NCBI GenBank assembly: GCA_965112635.1
Contig: OZ218778.1
Location: 800,001 to 864,000 of the forward strand
Length of the DNA: 64,000 nucleotides
Reading direction: 5' to 3'
Origin: an uncultured bacterium
GTDB lineage: Bacteria > Oederibacteriota > Oederibacteriia > Oederibacteriales > Oederibacteriaceae
This document shows positions 1-9,862 of this stretch, piece by piece (position 1 is the first letter of the stretch; each line of letters starts with the position of its first letter). The translations under genes were made by a program, and so were the position numbers. A model generated the notes under the pieces. The model was not told the DNA's origin and made no database searches. It saw nothing but the letters and a program-made list of their open reading frames with translations.

Positions 1-96
1 GGCGATCTCCAGCTTTTGGGCGATGTTGAGCGACGCGCCGGGGGTCTGTTCGCCGTCCCGCAGTGTCGTGTCGAAGATCAATACCTGTTTTTTCAT
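1..96 (-). CDS. leuA: 2-isopropylmalate synthase, N-terminal fragment (runs off the window edge)
   Basis: Manual translation from ATG at 96 gives [32 protein letters not shown], which has the [15 protein letters not shown] motif; ATGA overlap with the pssA stop; follows ilvNC. Confidence 0.9.
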   Translation of the reverse strand, partial: MKKQVLIFDTTLRDGEQTPGASLNIAQKLEIA

Positions 97-995
97 TTGA
101 ACGCTTCCTTAGTCTCTGGTTTTTTTTCTAAAAGCGGGCTCTTGACCTTTTTTCCCCTCATGAGCTTGAACACATTAAAGATTAAAGCATAGATCAGATA
201 CACGGACAAAAGAATAAAGACCACCATCTCCGGAGAGTTGACGGCGATGGCCATGAGGAAGACCAGCAGGACCAAAACCATGAAAGGCAGGCGCTTTTTG
301 GAGGCCCAGTTCAGGCTGGGGAACTCCAGAGTCGATACCATCAGGCAACTCAAAAGCAAAACCATGACCGGCACGAAGATCGTATTGAAGAAGGTCAGGT
401 TCTCCTCGTACCAGCCGAGCACGCTGTCGAAGAGGATGCCTTTTTTGCCGTACCACCAACCGCCCCAGCGGCTCAGGAGCACGTAGGAAGCCAGAAAGCC
501 GGCCGCCGAAGGGATGGGCATGCCCACGAAATTTTTATTATCCTCCGGGTTCTTGAAGGTGTTGTAGCGGGCCAGACGCAGGGCGCCGGCGATCACGAAA
601 AAGATCGTCAGAATGATGCCCCACTGGAGCTGATAACGCAGGACCGCGAGGTAAAGCATGATGGCCGGCGCGATGCCGAAAGAGACCAGGTCGGCCAAAG
701 AATCGTACTCCAGCCCGAACTGGCTGGAAGCGCCCATCAGGCGGGCGACCATGCCGTCAAAAAGGTCGAAAAGGGCCGCGCCCAAGATCAGCCACGCGGA
801 CACCCCGAAAGGCGGGGTCATCCCCTCGTAGGCCTTGAGCTTCAAGGCGTCTGTGACGGAGAAGATGATGGATAAGACCCCGCAGAAAAGGTTGCCCGTT
901 GTCAAAAGGTTGGGCAAAAGGTAGATGCCTTTTTTAAATATGGTCTTGCGCTGAGGAACCTGAACGGCGATGGTCCTTTTAGATAAAGCGGCCAA
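93..995 (-). CDS. pssA: CDP-diacylglycerol--serine O-phosphatidyltransferase
   Basis: LPNLLT..N and DLFDGMVAR...[21 protein letters not shown]-alcohol phosphatidyltransferase motif; likely TTG start at 995 after GGAGGT; adjacent to psd. Confidence 0.92.
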   Translation of the reverse strand: MAALSKRTIAVQVPQRKTIFKKGIYLLPNLLTTGNLFCGVLSIIFSVTDALKLKAYEGMTPPFGVSAWLILGAALFDLFDGMVARLMGASSQFGLEYDSLADLVSFGIAPAIMLYLAVLRYQLQWGIILTIFFVIAGALRLARYNTFKNPEDNKNFVGMPIPSAAGFLASYVLLSRWGGWWYGKKGILFDSVLGWYEENLTFFNTIFVPVMVLLLSCLMVSTLEFPSLNWASKKRLPFMVLVLLVFLMAIAVNSPEMVVFILLSVYLIYALIFNVFKLMRGKKVKSPLLEKKPETKEAFK

Positions 996-1632
996 TGATC
1001 GTTTTACCTCCGTAAACTTTGTTCCCTTTTTTAACGCTGAGTTTTGCCGAGGCCGGCAGGACAAGGTCGACCTGCGAGCCGAAGTACATCATGCCCAGGC
1101 GCTCACCCTGACGGATGCTCTCGCCGGGTTTTTTCCAGCAAAGGATGCGCCGGGCAATGGCGCCCGTGATTTGCTTGACGATAATCCTCTTATTTTTAAG
1201 GCTTTTCAAGCCAATGATGTTCTGCTCGTTGTAGCGTTCCGCGTCCTTATTAAAGGCCATGAGAAACTTGCCGGGACGGTGCTGGACGAACTCCAGCTTG
1301 GCTGCCACAGGGGCTCTCTGAACATGCACGTTGAAAATCGAGAGGAAGATGTTGATCTGTTTGGCCTTCTCGCCTCCGTGGCCTTTGACTTCCCTGACCT
1401 CCAAAACTCTCCCGTCCGCCGGAGAAAGGATGTCCTTGGGGCTGACGTTGGAGGCCTGCCTCTCCGGGTCACGGAAAAAGACCAGGAACAGGCTCAAGAA
1501 GACCAGCAGGACCGCGTCAAGAATCCAAAGAAGAGCACCGTGAAGATCAGCGGTCAAAAGAACCGAGATAACGAACAACAGGGCCGTGACAGCCAGAAAG
1601 GGAGCGCCTTCTTTTCTAAAGGGTATAACCAT
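979..1632 (-). CDS. psd: Phosphatidylserine decarboxylase proenzyme (short type)
   Basis: FFRDPER, SPADG, FLSIFNVHV and FGSQVD self-cleavage motif. Confidence 0.93.
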   Translation of the reverse strand: MVIPFRKEGAPFLAVTALLFVISVLLTADLHGALLWILDAVLLVFLSLFLVFFRDPERQASNVSPKDILSPADGRVLEVREVKGHGGEKAKQINIFLSIFNVHVQRAPVAAKLEFVQHRPGKFLMAFNKDAERYNEQNIIGLKSLKNKRIIVKQITGAIARRILCWKKPGESIRQGERLGMMYFGSQVDLVLPASAKLSVKKGNKVYGGKTIIGRFI

Positions 1633-1636
1633 CTTA

Positions 1637-2653
1637 TTAATGTTTGCCCTTTTTCACGGACTTGACGGAAAGCCAGCTCATCATCTCCCTGAGCTTGGCG
1701 CCCACGGTTTCGATGGGGTGCTGCAGGGACTGCTTAAGGAGCGCGTTGAGCATCGGACGGCCAGCCTGGTTCTCCAATATCCACTCGCGGGCAAAAACGC
1801 CGTCCTGGATGTTCTTGAGGACCTTCTGCATCTCCTTGCGGGTCTCCTGTGTGATGATGCGGGGCCCGACCGTCACGTCGCCGTAGCGCGCCGTGGTACT
1901 GACCCTCGTGCGCATGCCGCTAATGCCATTGGCGTAAATGAGGTCGCAGATGAGCTTGAGCTCATGGCAGCACTCGAAGTAAGCCACCTCAGGCTGATAA
2001 CCAGCGTTGACCAGGGTCTCGAAGCCGGCTTGAATCAGGGCCGAGGTGCCGCCGCAAAGGACGACCTGCTCGCCGAATAGGTCGGTCTCGGTCTCCTCGC
2101 GGAAGGAGGTCTCCAAAACACCGGCACGGGTGGAACCGATGCCTTTGGCGTAAGCGAGAGCGATGTCCTTGGCCTTGCTGGACGCGTCCTGGTAGATGGC
2201 GATCAAGGCCGGTACTCCCCCGCCCTCGGTAAAGGTGCTACGCAGGAGGTGGCCGGGGCCTTTGGGCGCGATCATGATGACGTCGGAATCAGCCGGCGGG
2301 ACGATCTGGCCGAAATGGATGTTGAACCCGTGGGCGAAAGCCAAGGTCGTGCCCGGTTTCATGTTGGGCTTGATCTCTTCTCTGTAGATCCTGGCCTGCA
2401 TGTCGTCGGGGATCGAGAACATGAGCAGGTCGCATTGCTTGACGACCTCCGGGGTCGTCAAGGGTTTAAAGCCGTCCTGCTCGGCCTGCTTCCAGTTGGG
2501 AGAATTTTTCTGGTCGGCGACCAGCACTGAAAGACCGCTGTCCTTCAAATTTAAAGAATGGGCGTGGCCTTGGATGCCGTAGCCGATGATACCGACCTTC
2601 TTCTTTTTTAATAGATCGAGGTTAGCATCCTTGTCATAATAAATTTTTGCCAT
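1637..2653 (-). CDS. ilvC: Ketol-acid reductoisomerase
   Basis: [40 protein letters not shown] motifs. Confidence 0.97.
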   Translation of the reverse strand: MAKIYYDKDANLDLLKKKKVGIIGYGIQGHAHSLNLKDSGLSVLVADQKNSPNWKQAEQDGFKPLTTPEVVKQCDLLMFSIPDDMQARIYREEIKPNMKPGTTLAFAHGFNIHFGQIVPPADSDVIMIAPKGPGHLLRSTFTEGGGVPALIAIYQDASSKAKDIALAYAKGIGSTRAGVLETSFREETETDLFGEQVVLCGGTSALIQAGFETLVNAGYQPEVAYFECCHELKLICDLIYANGISGMRTRVSTTARYGDVTVGPRIITQETRKEMQKVLKNIQDGVFAREWILENQAGRPMLNALLKQSLQHPIETVGAKLREMMSWLSVKSVKKGKH

Positions 2654-2690
2654 GAGACTTCCTTTCTTTTTTTTAGAATTTTGGTCTATT

Positions 2691-3170
2691 TTAGACTTTT
2701 CCCCGGGAAATTGAAATAGTGCCCGTCCGGACCATCTCGATGATCCCGTAACTTTTCAACTGGTTGATGAACGCAGAGATTTTTTCGACACCGCCAGTGA
2801 TCTCGATCGTGAAAGATTTGGTGGCGATGTCAACGATCTTGGCCCGAAAAACCTCGGTCAGAAGCATGATCTCTGATTTTTTCTTGAGGTCGGCGGTTAC
2901 CTTGATCAGCGCCAGTTCCCTGCTGATCGAAGGCTCGCTGGTTAGATCCACGACATTGATGACTTCGATGAGCTTGTTGAGCTGTTTGTTGATCTGCTCG
3001 ATTACAATGTCCTTGCCTGAGACCATGATGGTCATCCGGGAAATGGTGCTGTCCTCGGTCTCGCCAACCGTCAGGCTTTCTATGTTATAGCCCCTGCTGC
3101 TGAATAACCCGGCCACCCTGGCCAAGACGCCGGGATGGTTTTCAACTTTTACTGAAATTGTATGGCGCAT
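2691..3170 (-). CDS. ilvN: Acetolactate synthase small regulatory subunit
   Basis: [36 protein letters not shown] domain; upstream of ilvC. Confidence 0.96.
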   Translation of the reverse strand: MRHTISVKVENHPGVLARVAGLFSSRGYNIESLTVGETEDSTISRMTIMVSGKDIVIEQINKQLNKLIEVINVVDLTSEPSISRELALIKVTADLKKKSEIMLLTEVFRAKIVDIATKSFTIEITGGVEKISAFINQLKSYGIIEMVRTGTISISRGKV

Positions 3171-3234
3171 ACGCGAGCCCTTTTGATGAATTTTTATTTG
3201 TTACAAAGAACAATTTTTTATAAATTGAATTTTC

Positions 3235-3263
3235 ATTATGTTGACGGACCATTGGTTTGTCAA
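3235..3263 (-). promoter_or_regulatory. sigma70-like promoter for ilvN-ilvC-psd-pssA-leuA
   Basis: Minus strand TTGACA-17 nt-CATAAT about 65 nt upstream of the ilvN ATG. Confidence 0.6.
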
Positions 3264-3367
3264 CATTTTTATTAATGGCAGCTTTAAAGAGTTTTTATGA
3301 GGGGTTGAGGGCCAGAAAAAACGCGGCAAATCAATATAAATGTTGATAATAAAGGAAATAGCATGAG

Positions 3368-3383
3368 GGTTCCACGTGAAACA
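3368..3383. promoter_or_regulatory. parS centromere-like site (ParB binding)
   Basis: GGTTCCACGTGAAACA, close to the consensus TGTTTCACGTGAAACA; downstream of rsmG. Confidence 0.8.
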
Positions 3384-3481
3384 AAGCCGTTGAAAAAAGA
3401 ATCAAATTATTTGGGAGAGATTGTATTTAAATTGTATGAAATTTTTAAGGGAGTTTTTGAGGAGTTTGGTGAGATTGCATC

Positions 3482-4225
3482 CTAATGCGAGTGAGGATTT
3501 TTGCTTTTTGGGTTGTTATCAATTTTCCCCACTTTTTCCACAAAGATCAAAAAATGAGAATTGGGGGTTTCGGGAAGGTCAACTTTTTTTATATCTGATA
3601 TTTTCGAATTAAAACTTTGCAATAGGTTTGCGATGCCCTCTATCTCTTTTTCATGGTTCCGGCTTTTAAAGGCCACAAATAAGCCCTGAAGCATTACAAA
3701 AGGCATGCATAATTTGATTAATTCAGAGAAGCTGGCCACAGCCTTGGAGCAAACCAGATCAAACCTTTCAAAATACTCCGGTTTTTTAGAAAAAACCTCT
3801 GCCCTGCCCTCCAGAATACTCACATTCTTAAGACCCAGAGACAAGGCAACCAGCTGGCAAAAGCCCAGTTTTTTCTTGGAGCTGTCTAAAAGGGATATGG
3901 TTAAATGTGGACGGGCAATTTTAAGGGGCAGGCCAGGAAAACCAGATCCAGTACCCACATCCAGGATATTGTGTATTTTCAGTTTATCTAGATATGGGAT
4001 AAGAGCCAGGGAGTCCAAAAACAAGGAACTTAAAATATCCTTGTATTGGTTCAATCCGGTCAAATTCATTGCTCTGTTTTTAGATTTTAGAAAGCTATAA
4101 AAACGCAGCAGGTCATCAATGGCCGTTCCATCTACGGAAATGCCCATAGTCTTCAGACCAGACATTAAAAAAGTCCGTTCTTGCTCTAAAGAGCTGATAT
4201 CCTCATTGCCTCGTTGCATTTTCAC
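3482..4225 (-). CDS. rsmG: 16S rRNA (guanine527-N7)-methyltransferase
   Basis: NLTG, LDVGTGSGFPGLPL, LLDSSKKK, GRAE motifs; downstream of mnmG. Confidence 0.93.
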   Translation of the reverse strand: MKMQRGNEDISSLEQERTFLMSGLKTMGISVDGTAIDDLLRFYSFLKSKNRAMNLTGLNQYKDILSSLFLDSLALIPYLDKLKIHNILDVGTGSGFPGLPLKIARPHLTISLLDSSKKKLGFCQLVALSLGLKNVSILEGRAEVFSKKPEYFERFDLVCSKAVASFSELIKLCMPFVMLQGLFVAFKSRNHEKEIEGIANLLQSFNSKISDIKKVDLPETPNSHFLIFVEKVGKIDNNPKSKNPHSH

Positions 4226-4235
4226 CCTTAGTTCC

Positions 4236-6122
4236 CTATTTAGTCTGACTAATCTTTTTGTTGTTTTCCAGGTGGATTAGTATCAAGGAGATGTCTGAAG
4301 GCCGTACACCAGATATCCTGGAAGCCTGACCTATGGAAGTTGGGCGGTGTTTCTGAAGCTTTTCCTTGGATTCCCTAGATAAGCCGGAAAGGTCAGAATA
4401 GTTAAAATCGGAAGATATTTTGATATGCTCCAATTTATCAAATTTCTTAACCTGGTTGATCTGTCTCTTGATATAACCCTCGTATTTAATCACCATTTCC
4501 ACATGTTTTTTTTCAAGGTCCGAAAGCTTATTATCCACGGGAATAAGATGTTTAAGCTTCTTGTAGTTGATTTCCGGCCTTTTCAGTAGCTGACCAAGAG
4601 ACTGGACTTGTGCCTTGGATTTACCCCTGTCTTTATCTGGGTCTTTTAATAACTCAGGGGTTATTGTTACAAAAGTTTTATGTAACAGTTGAATTTCCCT
4701 GGTAATTTTGTTCTTTTGCTCCCTTACCAGGACATTCGTTTCACGTGGAACAAGACCCAATTTAAAGCCCTTTTCCATAAGCCTGGAATCAGCGGTATCA
4801 TGGCCAAGGAGCAAACGATATTCAGCCCTAGAGGTAAACATACGGTACGGTTCTGTGGTGCCTTTGGTGACCAAGTCGTCTATTAAAACGCCAATGTAAG
4901 CCTCTGAACGCTTTAAGATAAAGGGGCTTTCTTTTTTGATTTTTAAAGACGCGTTTAATCCAGCCACAAAGCCCTGTACGGCAGCTTCTTCATAGCCTGT
5001 TGTCCCGTTAATTTGACCTGCAAAATAAAGGTTATTGATATTCTTTGTTTCCAAGGTCAGCTTGAGCTGGGTCGGGTCAGAATAGTCGTACTCTATTGCA
5101 TATCCTGGTCGCATGATTTCGGCTTTTTCCAAGCCTGCTATTGTCCTTAGAAAAGCCAGCTGGACATCTTCGGGCAGACTGGTGGAGATCCCATTCATAT
5201 ACATTTCGTTAGTTTGCAAGCCTTCGGGTTCAATAAAAATCTGGTGGGACGCTTTGTCTTTGAATTTAAAAATTTTGTCTTCAATGGAAGGGCAGTAGCG
5301 TGGGCCGATGCCTTTTATGGTACCGCTGAAAAGGGGAGACCTGTCTATGTTAACTCTAATTATATCATGTGTTTTTTTGTTAGTTGCCGTGAGATAACAT
5401 GGAACTTGGGGCATACTTAAATGCGTTGTAGAAAAAGAAAAAAACTGCGGAATTTCATCGCCGATTTGTGCCTTTAAACCGCAAAAGTCTATTGTTCTTC
5501 GGTCTACCCTAGGATTTGTTCCAGTTTTTAAACGGCCTAAGGTAAACCCGAAATCCTGTAGTTGTTCTGAAATATGCTCGGCGGCATATTCACCTGACCG
5601 GCCGGACTTGAAATTTGTGCTGCCAATGTGAATCAGGCCGTTTAAAAAAGTGCCTGTTGTTAAGATGACAGCATGACCATGGTACGCAGTTTCAGTTTTT
5701 GTAAGAATCCCTAGAATTTTATTGTTTTTAACTAACAACTTTTCAACAACGGCCTGCTTAAGGTCAAGGTTGGGCTGGTTTTCAAGAGTATGTTTCATGG
5801 CCAGCTGATAAGCTTTTTTGTCACATTGAGCCCGAGGGGATTGGACGGCAGGGCCTTTTTTGGTGTTGAGGAGTTTGAATTGGATGGCTGTTTTATCAGT
5901 GTTTTTGGCCATTTCACCGCCCAGGGCGTCCAATTCTCTGACCAGATGGCCTTTAGCCACACCGCCAATGGCGGGATTACAGGACATTTGGGCGATGGTG
6001 TCCAGGTTCATGGTCAGCAGGAGGGTAGGATGGCCTCTTCTGGCGCAGGCCAAGGCGGCCTCGCAGCCAGCATGTCCGGCGCCGACCACAATGACGTCAT
6101 ATTTTTTAGGATATGGGAGCAT
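4236..6122 (-). CDS. mnmG: tRNA uridine-5-carboxymethylaminomethyl modification enzyme MnmG/GidA
   Basis: [48 protein letters not shown]; likely ATG start at 6122. Confidence 0.97.
   Translation of the reverse strand: MLPYPKKYDVIVVGAGHAGCEAALACARRGHPTLLLTMNLDTIAQMSCNPAIGGVAKGHLVRELDALGGEMAKNTDKTAIQFKLLNTKKGPAVQSPRAQCDKKAYQLAMKHTLENQPNLDLKQAVVEKLLVKNNKILGILTKTETAYHGHAVILTTGTFLNGLIHIGSTNFKSGRSGEYAAEHISEQLQDFGFTLGRLKTGTNPRVDRRTIDFCGLKAQIGDEIPQFFSFSTTHLSMPQVPCYLTATNKKTHDIIRVNIDRSPLFSGTIKGIGPRYCPSIEDKIFKFKDKASHQIFIEPEGLQTNEMYMNGISTSLPEDVQLAFLRTIAGLEKAEIMRPGYAIEYDYSDPTQLKLTLETKNINNLYFAGQINGTTGYEEAAVQGFVAGLNASLKIKKESPFILKRSEAYIGVLIDDLVTKGTTEPYRMFTSRAEYRLLLGHDTADSRLMEKGFKLGLVPRETNVLVREQKNKITREIQLLHKTFVTITPELLKDPDKDRGKSKAQVQSLGQLLKRPEINYKKLKHLIPVDNKLSDLEKKHVEMVIKYEGYIKRQINQVKKFDKLEHIKISSDFNYSDLSGLSRESKEKLQKHRPTSIGQASRISGVRPSDISLILIHLENNKKISQTK
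4737..4752. promoter_or_regulatory. second parS site, inside mnmG
   Basis: CGTTTCACGTGGAACA matches the parS consensus. Confidence 0.75.
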
Positions 6123-6237
6123 TTTCCACCACCAGTCAATTCGTTGAAAAAGCATTGTAGTAAAGGGTTGAAAGGCGGTCAAGCAGGGAATATCCCGGGA
6201 CAAGCAGGGGAGAGATTTAAAAAAATTACCTGGGTTT

Positions 6238-7647
6238 TTACTTACCGATACAGAATTTGGAAAAAATTTGGTCCAGAAGGTCTTCTGTGGTGGTTTCACC
6301 GATGATGAGACCCATACTGTCGACTGTTTCTCTCAGGTCAAGGCAGAGAAATTCCTGAAATAACTTTTTTTTATTTCCCTCAACAAAGTGTTCCAGGCTT
6401 TTTCGGGCGTCATCGAGCGCTTTTTTGTGTCTCAGGTTGGTCATCAGGATATGATCAGGAATTATTCTTTTTCCATCCAACACATGGAGAACGATCTGCG
6501 ATTTCAGATCCTTGATACCCGAGCCTTTTAAGGCTGATATTTTGACGATCTTTCTTGTTTTGTCCATTTTCAATTTTTTTAAAATTGTCTGGCAGTTTGT
6601 TCTTTGGGGGAGATCGGTTTTGTTCAAGGCCACGATTACTTTTTTCCAGGATAGCGTTGCGTATAGATGATGGTCCTCCTGAGAAAGCTTTTGCGAGCCA
6701 TCCACGACCAATACCACCAGATCAGCTTTAGCGATGGCCTGGCGGCTGCGTTCGATTCCTTTAGCCTCAACCAGGTCCACGGATTCTCTGATGCCGGCCG
6801 TGTCCACCAGCTGGACCGGTACGCCGTTCATATTGACGGTTTCCTGGATGATGTCCCGGGTTGTTCCGGGCAAATGCGTGACAATGGCCCTTTCTTCCTC
6901 CAGAAGGATGTTCAGCAGGCTGGATTTGCCCACATTGGGTTTGCCCACGATGGCGGTTACGAGGCCGTCACGCAGTATTTTGCCCTGCTCGGAGTTCCTG
7001 ATGATCTCACCCAACTCATCCAGGATTTGCGCGGATGTTCTTTGCATTTTCTTAAACGAAGCCTGGTCAATGTCATCCTCGGGAAAATCCAACTGCGCCT
7101 CGAGGATCACCAGCATATCCTTCACCTTGTCCCTTAAGCGGGTGATGGTCCGGGACAGGGAGCCCTGCAGCTGCTCCCAGGCTACTTTGCGGCTCAGTTC
7201 GGTTTTGGACTGGATGAGATCGGCTACGGCTTCGGCCTGGGCCAGGTCTATCCTGCCGCTTAAGAATGCTCTTTTGGTAAATTCACCCGGTTCCGCCAGG
7301 CGGCAGCCCTGTTTCAGGCACAATTCCATGACGCGAGCCAGGATGACCGTATTGCCGTGGCAGGATATTTCCGCCATATTTTGCCTGGTGTAGGTGGCCG
7401 GCGCCTTAAAGACCGAGACCAACACTTCGTCTATTTTTTCTTTTGTTTTGGGGTCAACGATAAACCCAAAATAAACTTTGTGGGAGTCGAGACCAGAGAG
7501 TTTTTTGTTTGATTTAGGGCAGAAAATCTTGGTGATCATAGAGATGGCCTTGGGCCCGCTCAAGCGTATGAGGCCCAGAGCGCCCTGTCCTGGCGGAGAG
7601 GCGATGGCCACGATGGTTTCGTCCTGGTCAGGTAAAAGTAGGTTCAT
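6238..7647 (-). CDS. mnmE: tRNA modification GTPase MnmE/TrmE
   Basis: [22 protein letters not shown] and C-terminal FCIGK. Confidence 0.97.
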   Translation of the reverse strand: MNLLLPDQDETIVAIASPPGQGALGLIRLSGPKAISMITKIFCPKSNKKLSGLDSHKVYFGFIVDPKTKEKIDEVLVSVFKAPATYTRQNMAEISCHGNTVILARVMELCLKQGCRLAEPGEFTKRAFLSGRIDLAQAEAVADLIQSKTELSRKVAWEQLQGSLSRTITRLRDKVKDMLVILEAQLDFPEDDIDQASFKKMQRTSAQILDELGEIIRNSEQGKILRDGLVTAIVGKPNVGKSSLLNILLEEERAIVTHLPGTTRDIIQETVNMNGVPVQLVDTAGIRESVDLVEAKGIERSRQAIAKADLVVLVVDGSQKLSQEDHHLYATLSWKKVIVALNKTDLPQRTNCQTILKKLKMDKTRKIVKISALKGSGIKDLKSQIVLHVLDGKRIIPDHILMTNLRHKKALDDARKSLEHFVEGNKKKLFQEFLCLDLRETVDSMGLIIGETTTEDLLDQIFSKFCIGK

Positions 7648-7801
7648 GGTAAAAAGCAGTATAACACACCCGCTTTATCCTTCATCGCAGCCCCTTGCTC
7701 CGTGCCCAGCAGAGGAAAGTAGACCTATATATATAGAAGGCGGTGCGGCTAAAAAAAATCACCAGTTGCAAATTTTTGATGATTAGTTTAATTTTTTATC
7801 C

Positions 7802-8560
7802 ATGGACGCTCACAAGGACGCACCAAAAACGGAAAAACAGGACAAGAACCAAGGGAAAAAACCCGCCCAACCAAAGAAAAAACCCTACCCGCATTCCGGA
7901 CACCGCGGCCGTTTGCGGGAGCGTTATATCCGGGGAGGCTTAAAAAGCCTTAATGATTACGAGGTTTTGGAGCTATTGCTCACCTATGTTTTGCCCCAGC
8001 ACGACGTGAAGCCCATCGCCAAAGACCTTTTAGAAAAATTCCACACTTTAAGCGGCGTGCTGGACGCGGTCCCCGCGGAGCTGCACGAAGTGCACGGCAT
8101 CAAGGAGCGCAGCGCGGTATTTTTCCACCTCATTCGCGACGTTTCCCGGGCGACCCTGCTGGAAAAGGTCCAAAATATCGATTCCTTTTCCTTCCGCAGC
8201 AGCAGCCAAGTAGGGGAGTATCTCATCCGGGAAATCGGGCACCAGGACAAGGAATGCTTTTTCGTTTTCTTCCTGGACAACCAGAACCATCTCATCTCCT
8301 GCGAGACCATGCAGGAGGGGACCATCAACCAGACCACGGTCTATCCCCGCGAGATCTTTGAAAAAGCCATCCAGCAAAAAGCCACGGCGCTTTTATTCGC
8401 GCACAATCATCCCTCGGGCGTTTTGAAACCCAGCCCCGAGGACATCAAGCTCCACCAGCAGCTGACCCAAGGAGCCCAGCTCTTGCAGATCAGCGTGCTG
8501 GACCATTTCATTGTGTCGTCGGAAAAATATTACAGTTTCCACGAGGCCGGGATCCTATAA
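7802..8560 (+). CDS. radC: RadC-like JAB domain protein
   Basis: GHRGRLRER N-terminus, YEVLELLL, VYPRE, AHNHPSG..PSPED, LDHFIV. Confidence 0.92.
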   Translation: MDAHKDAPKTEKQDKNQGKKPAQPKKKPYPHSGHRGRLRERYIRGGLKSLNDYEVLELLLTYVLPQHDVKPIAKDLLEKFHTLSGVLDAVPAELHEVHGIKERSAVFFHLIRDVSRATLLEKVQNIDSFSFRSSSQVGEYLIREIGHQDKECFFVFFLDNQNHLISCETMQEGTINQTTVYPREIFEKAIQQKATALLFAHNHPSGVLKPSPEDIKLHQQLTQGAQLLQISVLDHFIVSSEKYYSFHEAGIL

Positions 8561-8607
8561 CCGAGGCGGGGATGTTGCGGCCCTGTAGATTTTACGGCGA
8601 GGCGTTC

Positions 8608-9621
8608 CTAAAAGTTATACTCAATCCCGGCGTTGAGGTAGTTCCCTGGGTTGGCGAGGAGATTGGATTCTTTTTTGACCATCCCGGTGTATTTGCTCAC
8701 CAGGTCAAAGTTGATGTTGCTCGTGTTGGTGGTGGTGCTGTTGGTCTCCCGGTACGCGTTCGCGCCTAGGTTCCATCTCAGGTTCTCCAAAAGCAGCGGA
8801 CCAGAAAAAGTCAGCCCGACGTTGCTGTCATTGGTGACCGTAGTGGATAGGACCTCGACCTTGGGAAAAGCAGGGAAGGGGTTGGTCGTCTCCTGCGACG
8901 TGGCGCGGTCATCGGACAGGGACAGGGAACAAGTGACCCCGTAAAATAAAGGCAGGGAAACCCCAGTCCCCAAGGTCCAGGTGTTGGTTTTGATGGAGTC
9001 CACCGAGAAATCCAGACTGAAATCCAAAGAAGAGTCCAGCCACAGGGAATTAAACGTCACCCCGGTGTTCACTCCCTTTATATTGTAAGGCGTCTGCAGA
9101 GAAAAACTGGAATTGTCTATGGCGGAGGTCTCCAGAGTGGTGTTATTGCTTCCAGTGAAGTTGAGGCCCAGGGAACCGACAATGGTTTCGGTCATATGGA
9201 TATCCCAGCTCACTGCCAATTCCAGGCTTTTGGTGAGGGTGTCGGCCGTGGCGGTCACATTGCCCATGCTGTCCGTGAGATCCAGGGAGGTATGCTGGGA
9301 ACTGGGCGTAAAGCTAAAGACCAAGTTATTATCCTTGTCCACTTTCCAGGTATAACTGATCCCCGTGGACAGACCCTGGGTCTTATTATCACCGGCCGTG
9401 GCGGAAACATCCAGGGTCCAGGGAAGGTTTTCGCTAAGGTCCATGTCGACCACCTTATCCTGGTCGGATTGTTTCTGTTCTGAGGTGGCGGGGGACTGTT
9501 CGGTCTGGGTGCTTTCCTGGCTGAGCAACACCTGGGCGCTGGGCAGACCGGGACCGGCCCAGGCAAGGAGAAGCCAAACACCGGCGCTAAAAACAACGGT
9601 GCGCAAAGTTTTTTCGAGCAT
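8608..9621 (-). CDS. Exported Ser/Thr-rich protein, probable outer-membrane beta-barrel
   Basis: Signal-peptide-like N-terminus from ATG 9621, alternating hydrophobic beta-strand pattern, C-terminal NAGIEYNF resembling a BAM beta-signal. Confidence 0.6.
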   Translation of the reverse strand: MLEKTLRTVVFSAGVWLLLAWAGPGLPSAQVLLSQESTQTEQSPATSEQKQSDQDKVVDMDLSENLPWTLDVSATAGDNKTQGLSTGISYTWKVDKDNNLVFSFTPSSQHTSLDLTDSMGNVTATADTLTKSLELAVSWDIHMTETIVGSLGLNFTGSNNTTLETSAIDNSSFSLQTPYNIKGVNTGVTFNSLWLDSSLDFSLDFSVDSIKTNTWTLGTGVSLPLFYGVTCSLSLSDDRATSQETTNPFPAFPKVEVLSTTVTNDSNVGLTFSGPLLLENLRWNLGANAYRETNSTTTNTSNINFDLVSKYTGMVKKESNLLANPGNYLNAGIEYNF

Positions 9622-9862
9622 CAGGCGGCAATCTTCCAGCCTGTCCTTGAACGAGGCCCGCGGAAACCTGGTGCGACAAGTGGTTTTGAGGCGGTTGATT
9701 TTTCCCAAGTTTTCTCCGATACAGCGTTAATCATCGCATTATATTCCTATTAACATTCAAGGCAGGTTATTAATTTCTGCCTGTCATCTTGGCCCTTTTT
9801 GAAACCTCCCGTTAGTGTTACAATCAAAAAAAACGTGAAGGAAGACTAGAGAAAGAGGAAAA

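Noticed and set aside
960-975. Non-canonical ATC start for pssA
   Set aside because: An in-frame TTG at 995 with a GGAGGT RBS explains initiation.
3171-3481. oriC in the AT-rich gap between rsmG and ilvN
   Set aside because: No cluster of TTATCCACA DnaA boxes; the only near match noticed (TTATCCACG near 4531) is inside mnmG.
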